Positions 45,401 to 53,014 of a stretch of DNA of 64,000 nucleotides are shown here, piece by piece. Position numbers and translations under genes: made by a program. The notes under the pieces were generated by a model, which had not been told where the DNA came from, did no database searches, and saw only the letters and a list, made by a program, of their open reading frames with translations. The DNA comes from Diplonema japonicum (taxonomy: Eukaryota; Protista; Euglenozoa: Diplonemea): assembly GCA_964019335.1 (NCBI GenBank), contig OZ025690.1, forward strand, positions 372,001 to 436,000. The letters are read 5' to 3'. Position 1 is the stretch's first letter; each line of letters starts with the position of its first letter.

Positions 45401-46536
45401 TTGCACACTTGTCCCTTGTCAATCATCACCTGGATTTCCGCGCTGATGTGTGCAAGCTTCCTCTGCAAACAGGCAATCGACTTCTGTCTACCCACCGCTG
45501 CGCCCGTGGCTTCCTTTACAGACTTGGCCGACAGGCATTTCTCCTTGGGTTTGCGCTCCTCGCCCCTCCCTCGGAAAGTCTTCTGTTGCTCCATCGGCAC
45601 GCCTGTGATGCAGTGTCTTTCCGAGACGTCAGCCAGCACACGGTATGCGCCGTCGATGTCCTCAAGTTTTTGGATGAATCTCTCCGCCTGTAGCAGCTCA
45701 ATCACGTGGTCATCACTAGCAGTCGACACCGGCAGTTCCTTCGGGATGAAGTACTTGCGTGTCTTGCTCTTGAGAGTAGGGATACACAGTTTGATGGAGA
45801 GGCATCTGTGTTCGTTGGTATACACCGTGTCGTGGACCCACGCCTTCTGTAGTCCCGCCGCAGCGATCGGGTTCATCAAGACGTAGTCGATGCGTGTCTT
45901 TGTGTCAGTGGCTCTCCTCACAAAGGTGTGGCTCGGCCTTACCCCGTCTTTCTCGGCCTGCATTGCTGCTGCATCCACCCAGTCACACCCAACCGCCTGC
46001 TGTAGTACACCTGATTGCGACACCTCGGTGTTTAGGTCCCCCGCGACGATGATAGGAACATCTCCCAGGGCACATCTCATCTCGTTCAGCACCTTGTTCA
46101 AAAGTGTCTCACGCTGGTGTTTGCCGTAACTTCCCGAGTGGCAATATACCACAATGAGGTGGAGCCACATGTCTCGTCCGTCCAAGTTGATCATAGCATG
46201 GACCCACCTGTTGCCGTCGTCCATCGAAGCGACTGCTTTGACTATCGCCGGCCTGCACCGCTGTACTAGTATGCCGACTCCACCTCTTTGTGCTTTGTCG
46301 GGAGCAGCAAGTCCATCGACCACGATACCGGGCTGTGGGTTTCCCCACAGCGCACGATACCTGCCGTTGTCCTCAACATGCCTCCCAATCATGTGTTGTC
46401 CGTGTGCGGTCAGCTTCACTTCCTGCAAGCACGAGATGTCGCTCTCCATGGCCAACACCTCGTCCACCTTATTGCTCAGGGACCCCACATTGAGAGTTGT
46501 GATTGTGAGCGAATTGGGGTCCCTAGCTCCACCCAT
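42448..46536 (-). CDS. LINE ORF2: AP endonuclease + reverse transcriptase + CCHC zinc knuckle
   Basis: TLNVG, CLQEV, GDLN, RIDY, EH (APE); APGVDG, LIPK, RPI, QHGF, LDFVKCFD, QGCPIS, YADD (RT); CDVC...H...C. No RNase H seen. Confidence 0.95.
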   Translation of the reverse strand: MGGARDPNSLTITTLNVGSLSNKVDEVLAMESDISCLQEVKLTAHGQHMIGRHVEDNGRYRALWGNPQPGIVVDGLAAPDKAQRGGVGILVQRCRPAIVKAVASMDDGNRWVHAMINLDGRDMWLHLIVVYCHSGSYGKHQRETLLNKVLNEMRCALGDVPIIVAGDLNTEVSQSGVLQQAVGCDWVDAAAMQAEKDGVRPSHTFVRRATDTKTRIDYVLMNPIAAAGLQKAWVHDTVYTNEHRCLSIKLCIPTLKSKTRKYFIPKELPVSTASDDHVIELLQAERFIQKLEDIDGAYRVLADVSERHCITGVPMEQQKTFRGRGEERKPKEKCLSAKSVKEATGAAVGRQKSIACLQRKLAHISAEIQVMIDKGQVCNMPVVLLKTWANALSLLEKLPNPPVFDRNLLKDDLESIVTRLQLLDDNLSSLLREIAKDTRVEREKKYEARINTQFQEERRGMTAFVKNTSTSAAQAVESGGVLTADLDEMDRMMHAEWDGVLQMYGEGHEEPSYEAFKARYGPYISTHDMVLQPLTGADLRAVLAKKSTRTAPGVDGWRMAELRAMPNVLLDAWAMLFNAIEVTGKWPKALLTALVTLIPKGGERTPLNHRPITVTSAVYRLWACARLRDISPWQEKWADDSQHGFRPRHGTDSILMELSTQLETAMLTNTPLNGIALDFVKCFDRVPQKVAFGLMQDLGLHQRILTPLKAMYAGLKRRFRFPTGVGSEFHVTNGILQGCPISVILVNALVSVMVKCVIAEVPGSRSLSYADDAYLLARLVEVLKRATNKTIEFCERTGMRLNENKSQAFSTKDEIGPWLKCTGSSFRVTKGIKALGVILNMNGKHSLDKLHSAEGRLSRLGALPLSFGNKASMLTGTVLPSCLYGTTYAAPSDNQLKKLCTATVTSLWGPRFRMRSPMAVLNVLLPGHTAYPQAKIVYNTVNCLMRESLTSPQLWQRVNEIVTLYREREDDEERGPLGVLLKRWLPFLNKGWSFIEGLRALVPSARRHEVRQAIRPAVAKELIHGRSSFAGMEAGACPSTNAWWRKLQSRRPLISYRLRRIISGAVFTVHPRVWGKQLDEREGVESSSLACDVCDHRCQTTTEVTEHALWECAPARAALTNERYGGMTRSDLPAVTALHGIIPRGATGAAKQQAAVVQRYLLDVVSRRDARAAERSTRILTTNPWDEITTGKQHTVPTVELLKSNGASGKVLMFYMKSVLRWLKSLRWYAGRKLTSVTTMELAVDYEQATRQSLAGPLDDQDWLTEKAGRMRYILGRIQKCTAKSGKNAFPANAKTRVHTLRHLGGPTTHGYDRRPLFSSSQTAPYLARLQAMFLAQMPSISSRQTATAGTRQQPQNGDRLV

Positions 46537-46575
46537 GAAGATGTCCCTCCGGATGTCTTCATGGCTGGCGTCCCT

Positions 46576-48978
46576 TCAGTTGAACTCGTCAGGGTCATGT
46601 TCGATTGGTAGGATGGGGGTCATAGTGTTAGCTATGGCCATGTGCACGTCAGGTGTGGCCGCACATGTCGGTGTGCCGCCGGGCAGGTATATCGGTGTCA
46701 TCGAACCCGTTGCACTCGTGGGGACAAGGGCACCCGAATGTGCCTTCTTGCTGGTCGTCGTGTCGTCGCATTTCCTCTTCTTGTCCGTGCGCTTCGCAGT
46801 CTGGATGTCCTGCTGGATAGACTGGACAGTCTTAACCAGCTCGGACACCGCCACAGCCACCGCATCCAACCTCTCGAGACGTGTTGTTACCATCTCCATC
46901 TGCCTGCCGAGAGCTTGCATGTTCTGCTCCATCGACTTCACTAGCGAGATGGTCGCGGCAGCCTTCCTCTCCATGTCCACCACTCTCGCTTCCATCGCTT
47001 TCCTCTCCTGCTCGTGCTCCAGCTCTTTCTTCCGCGCCCACTCCTCGAAAGCGTCGACAGACGCCATCGTTTTCGTAGCAGGTGCTGGCGCGTTCGGTGG
47101 GGGTAGAGCCTCGGCTACCGGCGTTGAGTGCGTCGCAGGTGTTGACGCAGCGTGGTGTGTTGACGCCTGCGTGTCCGACACTGGCGCAGGTGTAGGCGCG
47201 GATGATGGGTTCGCCTGCCCGGCTTGTCTGCCCCATATGGCGTTCGGCGGCAATGTGAATACGGCCTTATTACTGTCACTCGCGCCCTTCTTGTTCTTCT
47301 TCTTCTTCTGCAGGTCACCCTCCAGCGGCTGGATGGTCCAACGCGTGCCCTGGACATTCAGAACCAGACCTCTCGGTTTCGAGCACGAAGTCACGGCCCA
47401 GGACTGTTTTTCGCCAAACCTATGCAGCCTCTTCCTCACCGTGACCGGCCATCCCGACCGTTTCAAGCGGTCTTCCAGCTCGAGGCCGTTCATCGAAGAG
47501 GGCACCCCTTGTACCTCATAGTGCTCGCCGTCGAGCAGTGTCGCTGCTGTCGCTGTCACCTTCAGATCGGCATGTCGGTCTTTGAGCACCCGCCTTGCTG
47601 TGTCAAGCTCGGCTTTCGGTACCCTTACCCCGTAGACGACGGACTTGCCCGACTTCTTGAAGGTCAGTCCCCATCCGCACACTTCACGCCTGAACAGCAG
47701 TGCCGCTTTCAGTGCCGTGCCCTCCAGCCACAAAACCGGCAGGAGATCGCGTGCTTCCCACGGTTGGCGCACAAACACGCCGTCCTCGCCACTGCGCATG
47801 AGGATCGACTGGACATCGGTCTTCATCACCGTGATTGGGACCTCGAAAACGCCGTCCCGCTTCCTGCCTCTCTTGGTGAGGTACCGCCCTGCTCTCTCCC
47901 TCAGCCATGTCAATACTCTCGACCTGGCCTTCTCGGCGTCCAGCGATGTTTGAGTAACCAGATAGAGTTCCGAGGTGCAGGTCTCCGGCTCCTCCAGCTC
48001 CTCCTCTTCCTCCATCTCCTCCTTGTTTGCGTCCGGCATCGCAGGGTGACCATTGCGGGATGTCACCTGCAGGCGTCTGCACGTCTTCCCGCGCCCTTCG
48101 TTCGTGCTCAGAAGGACCTCAGCCTCCTCGCCGCAGAAGTAGGGGAGACGTCCCCATGAAACGACCGTTGCAGCCGGCGCGCCCCTTAGCCACTCCGCTG
48201 CCAACCGTTCAGAGCCTTGCGGGACAAGGTACACCGCCCGCTCCGGCTGTGTCTCCGCCCCTTCCCACTCCCGCACGTGCACGGGCCACTCGTCCTCGGC
48301 AAGGCATGCGATGATGGCCTTGCGTGCCGGCTTGCCCTGCTCCTTCTTCTTCCCGTCCTTCGCGCCCTCGCTGCGGATGGGGAGTGGGATCCTCACCGGC
48401 GGCACATACGCTGTAGTGGTAGGCATCTTCGAGTCCTCCCCTTTCACCGCGCAGACGTAGTGGCCCTCCACATAGCCCAGCCATAGCGTGGCCGTGTCTG
48501 GTACCTCATTCCTACTCCCCGGCTCGAAGCAGCTCAGGGTGAGGATGTCATCCCTTACAGCAAAGACACAGATCCTGCGTCCCATCACCACGGACATCGT
48601 GCTGACCGTCAGCCTGTCCGCCCACGTTCCCGAAAGAGTTACCAGCCTCTGGTACTCCTTCCACGCCGCAGCCTTCTCCCCTTCCTCCACCATCATGAAG
48701 GAGGAGTAGTCCTTCCCCGCCAGATGAGAGGCCACCACCTCCCGCAGCGCCCCCGCCTCGTCCCTCGCGCCGTGCACCGCGTACGACACCGCTTCGAAGA
48801 AGCACTCTCCCTGCCTTCTTCCGGTGTCTATCACCTTCCAACCCTCCAGCCTATTGGCCAGATCCTGCACCGCTTCCCTCGTCTTCGGCCTGGTGGATTC
48901 GCCGGACTTCCCCTTATGAGAGGAAGCCCGCCCAGGAACCGCCGTCGTGGAGGCTCCACCTCGGCCTTGCGGTGGCAT
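46576..48978 (-). CDS. LINE ORF1: N-terminal OTU-like cysteine protease, central possibly RRM-like region, coiled coil
   Basis: GECFFEAVS (Cys box), LREVVASHL, Y...SGTWAD, ICVF, LWLGYVEGHYVCAV (His box); C-terminal heptad region. Confidence 0.85.
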   Translation of the reverse strand: MPPQGRGGASTTAVPGRASSHKGKSGESTRPKTREAVQDLANRLEGWKVIDTGRRQGECFFEAVSYAVHGARDEAGALREVVASHLAGKDYSSFMMVEEGEKAAAWKEYQRLVTLSGTWADRLTVSTMSVVMGRRICVFAVRDDILTLSCFEPGSRNEVPDTATLWLGYVEGHYVCAVKGEDSKMPTTTAYVPPVRIPLPIRSEGAKDGKKKEQGKPARKAIIACLAEDEWPVHVREWEGAETQPERAVYLVPQGSERLAAEWLRGAPAATVVSWGRLPYFCGEEAEVLLSTNEGRGKTCRRLQVTSRNGHPAMPDANKEEMEEEEELEEPETCTSELYLVTQTSLDAEKARSRVLTWLRERAGRYLTKRGRKRDGVFEVPITVMKTDVQSILMRSGEDGVFVRQPWEARDLLPVLWLEGTALKAALLFRREVCGWGLTFKKSGKSVVYGVRVPKAELDTARRVLKDRHADLKVTATAATLLDGEHYEVQGVPSSMNGLELEDRLKRSGWPVTVRKRLHRFGEKQSWAVTSCSKPRGLVLNVQGTRWTIQPLEGDLQKKKKNKKGASDSNKAVFTLPPNAIWGRQAGQANPSSAPTPAPVSDTQASTHHAASTPATHSTPVAEALPPPNAPAPATKTMASVDAFEEWARKKELEHEQERKAMEARVVDMERKAAATISLVKSMEQNMQALGRQMEMVTTRLERLDAVAVAVSELVKTVQSIQQDIQTAKRTDKKRKCDDTTTSKKAHSGALVPTSATGSMTPIYLPGGTPTCAATPDVHMAIANTMTPILPIEHDPDEFN

Positions 48979-49502
48979 TTTTGTCGTCGTGACTTTTGAT
49001 TATCCGAACCCAGTGTTCCCTCAAAAAAAAAAGGAGAGAAAGTTGGGGGTGCAAGGTTGTACCTTCTGAAAACCGGGTTTCACTTTTTTTTATTAACCCC
49101 TTCCCCGAAACGGTGCTTGTCTCCTTCTCTGTCTCTCTCTCTCGCTGCCCAACGAAGGGCGTCCTAATGCGTTGTTAAGAAGAGAAGGGTGGGCACCATA
49201 CATCGATCTACCAGAAAAAAAAGGGGGGAGGGGGGGGAAATACCAAAACCAATACAGAAACGCAGAAATCCGGCAGGAAAAAAAAAAAAAAAAAACTAAG
49301 TGGAGCAATAGCACCCACATTAAACACAACGCAAAGTAAGCATTTTGGAAAAATGAAGGGGAAAAAATAGGGGGGGGGGAGAGGATATAAGAGGAAATAG
49401 TTTGTAATTTTTTTTTTTTTTTTTTTTCGTTACCTCATTTTTTTTTAAAAAAAAAAAGATTCTTTTTTTTTTCTTCTTCTTTCTAGTTGCATAACTTTAA
49501 TG

Positions 49503-49556
<54 letters not shown>

Positions 49557-49752
49557 ACTCCGCGGGTGGAAGAATGGGGAAAGGGCACTAAGAACCCCAC
49601 GAAGCCCCCCAACCCATTTGATCATGTTTGTGTTTCTTCTTTTTTTTCCCCCCCCTCCCTCTTTCTTTTGCTCATCAGTACATAAAAAAAAAAAACAAAA
49701 AAAAAAAAACATACATTATATAGGAAAAAAAAAAAAAAAAAAAAAAAAAAAA

Positions 49753-51456
49753 CTACACCTTTTCAATCGGCGAAGGCGGTGGTGACCATTTAGGAGTGGG
49801 CTCAGGTGTCTCCGACATGCTCTCTTCGTCTTGCGATGGTGAAATGGTGGGCTGGAAGGTTAAAATCGTATTCCGCCGTGTGGCGAGCTGCGTGTGGTGC
49901 ATGGTCTCTGCCTTACTCACAGTGGACCATTTCAAGGGACGACAACAAGTAGTCAGCTTTCCATTAGACCACAAGGTACACACGGACAAAACCAAACACA
50001 CAGCAAGCAAAGATAACAATGCAACTGCCGTTACACACGTACTCCTCTCCACGGCCCCACCCAACCCAAGACACACAACCACCCCAACAAAGACCACACA
50101 CATCCATGAAGGCGGATTTTTATCACGAGGAAGCTGTAGTTCATTTGAAAGCCTTTTCAAAGCCACTTCCGAGATTACATAACCAAACACCATTCCAACT
50201 AAAGCGAGCAATTGAAGCCCCAACGACTCACCGTCAACCACTTCAAAAACCAATAAAACAGACACCACCAATCCCCAGTACAACACTGTCGCCCAAGGAC
50301 GCCCGCCCATGTTGTTTGCAGTGCCTAATATTGCAGGCATTTTTCCGTCGGTTGCCATTCTGGAGACCATGGAGTTAAATGCCGTGTAAGATGTGAGGAT
50401 GCTTCCTATCATGAGAATTGCACCGTCGAAACCAACTAGTTTTTCTAACCATGATCCCGTCCTGCCAGCCATCACCAACAGAAGCGTTCCCTCATCACGG
50501 TACAGAGAAACCATGTCAAATCGAACCAGGTACACAGCAAGAACAGAAACAGAAAGAGTCGATAAAGATATGAAAGCGAACGTTCTGGTAAGCGCCTTGC
50601 GCGCGGTGTATGTGAAAACGTGGAGTTCGGGTTGTTCGGCGATATCAATGATACCGGACATGCCGATGAACGATGCGACAAATCCGTGGTAGATTGCGTT
50701 GAAAGTTAGACTGCTTTCATCAACGTTCCAATTGAAAATGGTTCGATGATCGACAGAATCTTCGTCATGCGAGGCTTGCACACCTTGGAACGCGAAGATT
50801 GTGGATGACAAAAGGAAAACAGCCAGAACCAACACGTGAAATGTTGTTAAGAAAAACGTTGCCCTGCCGGAAGGCTGTGCACCAAACGTGTTCCACATCC
50901 CAACAACTGTTACAAGCGTCAGACTAAACGGAAGCTGTGTCATCCATGCCGGGTACCCCAAGAAGTTTCTCAATATTAAAATAGAGTACCTTGCCGCCGT
51001 TACACCCATAGACACATACACAGCAATGTTCATACCCGCGAAAAAAATCGCAGCACTAGCACCGTTCAAAACTGTTAAAGCGTTATATGACCCACCGTTG
51101 ACAGGGAGGGCACTAAGGATGTCGAGGAGAAAGCTTATAAGGCAGTATGAGATGATGAAGCAAAATGCCAGGATGAACGGTGCGTATGTCCCTGCTTCCG
51201 CCATGCAGAAGGCCACGGAGTAGAATACAGCCGCGATGCCGCCGCAGCCGCATAGAGATGTTGCATCCCAGGAATCCAGCTTGACTTCTTTGATGATATC
51301 GTGGGGGCTTTCGATGCTGTCTGCGCTGCACACTACTGCGGAGTCGCTGCTTCCTTCTGTTACCTCTTCCGCCATAGAGGAGTCCAGGTTCGTGTCGTTG
51401 CCCACGTCCACCCGTAGTGACACGAAGGAGCCCGTTCTTATGGGGCTGGATGTCAT
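49753..51456 (-). CDS. Amino acid permease (APC superfamily)
   Basis: About 12 hydrophobic helices; SALPVNGGSY, RMATDGKMPAIL, RPW motifs. Confidence 0.85.
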   Translation of the reverse strand: MTSSPIRTGSFVSLRVDVGNDTNLDSSMAEEVTEGSSDSAVVCSADSIESPHDIIKEVKLDSWDATSLCGCGGIAAVFYSVAFCMAEAGTYAPFILAFCFIISYCLISFLLDILSALPVNGGSYNALTVLNGASAAIFFAGMNIAVYVSMGVTAARYSILILRNFLGYPAWMTQLPFSLTLVTVVGMWNTFGAQPSGRATFFLTTFHVLVLAVFLLSSTIFAFQGVQASHDEDSVDHRTIFNWNVDESSLTFNAIYHGFVASFIGMSGIIDIAEQPELHVFTYTARKALTRTFAFISLSTLSVSVLAVYLVRFDMVSLYRDEGTLLLVMAGRTGSWLEKLVGFDGAILMIGSILTSYTAFNSMVSRMATDGKMPAILGTANNMGGRPWATVLYWGLVVSVLLVFEVVDGESLGLQLLALVGMVFGYVISEVALKRLSNELQLPRDKNPPSWMCVVFVGVVVCLGLGGAVERSTCVTAVALLSLLAVCLVLSVCTLWSNGKLTTCCRPLKWSTVSKAETMHHTQLATRRNTILTFQPTISPSQDEESMSETPEPTPKWSPPPSPIEKV

Positions 51457-51549
51457 TTTTTTTTTTTGGGGGATATGGAAATCTTTTTTTTTTTTGATTT
51501 TTTGTCATGGGAAAAACGAAGGGAAAAAAAAAAAAAAAAAGAACCCAAC

Positions 51550-51583
<34 letters not shown>

Positions 51584-51595
51584 TTATAACCGACT

Positions 51596-52042
51596 CTAGT
51601 TCTTCTTCTGCTGCATCCTGTGGGTTTTTTTTTTTTGGTGAGGGGTAAAAAAAAAAAAAAAATAATAATAATAAGATACACATACCTCTGAAGCTTCCTG
51701 GGGGGAGTCCTGATCTTCCTGGTCACGACAGACCTGACACGCACCTGTCTGGAGTGGATGGCGCAAGAGATGCAGTATGCGATCTTCAAGTACATTTTGG
51801 GGAGAACGTACCCCGCGAGGGCACTGGCATCGGTCATGTCACGCACGGCGGCCTTGGGGGGAGAATGATTTTTTTTTTTTTTTTTTTTTTTGTGTCCATA
51901 CCTGCTCAACCATGTTGCGGACGATGAAACGCTTGCACGCCTTGTCCTTGGGGCACATCTTGGCGCAGTTGCTGCAACGAATGGACGCAGTGTGACCCCT
52001 ACCCTTCTTGTTACGCCCGTGGGACCTTCTCTTGACGGTCAT
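51596..52042 (-). CDS. RPS26: 40S ribosomal protein S26 (eS26), copy 1; two introns
   Basis: [23 protein letters not shown]...[13 protein letters not shown]. The spliced end is ...LQR|MQQKN*. Confidence 0.95.
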
Positions 52043-52218
52043 TTTAAGATGTGGGTATTAACTGGTAAAAGAAATGAGGGGAAAAGCAAAAAGAACAGAG
52101 CAAGCATAGATGGCGGACCGATAATCACTACGGATGGGGGGGGTAGGGCTTTTGGGTGGGGCGTAAAAAAAAAAAAAAAAATGAAAAAAAAAAACGGGGG
52201 TCCAGAAAAAAAAAAAAT

Positions 52219-52640
52219 CTAGTTCTTCTGCTGCATCCTGTGATTTTTTTTTTCTTTTTTTCATTACTCACTTCCTCAATCATACCTCTGAAGCTTCCTG
52301 GGGGGGGTCCTGATCTTCCTGGTCACGACAGACCTGACACGCACCTGTCTGGAGTGGATGGCGCAAGAGATGCAGTATGCGATCTTCAAGTACATTTTGG
52401 GGAGAACGTACCCCGCGAGGGCACTGGCATCGGTCATGTCACGCACGGCGGCCTTGGAGGAAGAATGATTTTTTTTTTTTTTTTTAATTGTGTCCATACC
52501 TGCTCAACCATGTTGCGGACGATGAAACGCTTGCACGCCTTGTCCTTGGGGCACATCTTGGCGCAGTTGCTGCAACGAATGGACGCAGTGTGACCCCTAC
52601 CCTTCTTGTTACGCCCGTGGGACCTTCTCTTGACGGTCAT
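52219..52640 (-). CDS. RPS26: 40S ribosomal protein S26 (eS26), copy 2; two introns
   Basis: Near-identical exons, same intron positions, diverged introns. Confidence 0.95.
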
Positions 52641-53014
52641 TTTATGCGCTTGTAATAAGGGTCTGTCGAAGGATATAAGCTAAAGAACGCGCGAGAAAAT
52701 AAGAGGGAAAAAATAAAAATAAAAATGAACCTCTCCAGGTTCTCCTCTCCTCTTCCCTCCAGGCTCTTTTTTTTTTTTTTTTAGATCAGTCCCAAATAAA
52801 AAAAAGAAGATAAGTCTGTCACATAAACCCTAAAATAACCCACCCCCCTTTTATTTTTTTATTTTATTTTTTTTTGTTCAGCACAAAAAAAAAGTATCCT
52901 TTTGGACAGGATCGTGTATCGAGTTCTTTAAAAGAAAAAAAACAACCAAAAAAAAGGGGCTAGACGACCGTTTTTTTTTTTTTTTTTCCTCCTTTTCTCT
53001 CCTCCCCCCCGCAT

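Larger units (their letters stand above)
42399..49022 (-). mobile_element. Full-length non-LTR retrotransposon (APE-type LINE) with an OTU-domain ORF1
   Basis: GC-rich, homopolymer-poor 6.6-kb block with two intact ORFs, bounded by T-runs on the sense strand. Ends are approximate; no poly-A tail seen. Confidence 0.9.

Noticed and set aside
46529-46578. UGA as selenocysteine with the hairpin as a SECIS
   Set aside because: The stem is Watson-Crick, lacks the GA quartet and apical AA, and is not in a 3' UTR; there is no redox context.
47200-47240. GRQAGQANPSS in ORF1 as a 2A-like peptide
   Set aside because: Lacks the invariant NPGP.
46154-47521. 455-aa + strand ORF across the LINE ORF1/ORF2 junction, and other long antisense ORFs
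   Set aside because: Antisense shadows of GC-rich coding frames with no recognisable motifs.
42306-49062. Imperfect inverted repeat (CTTGCACCC) on either side of the LINE
   Set aside because: Only a 9-bp core, outside the element boundaries; plausible by chance.
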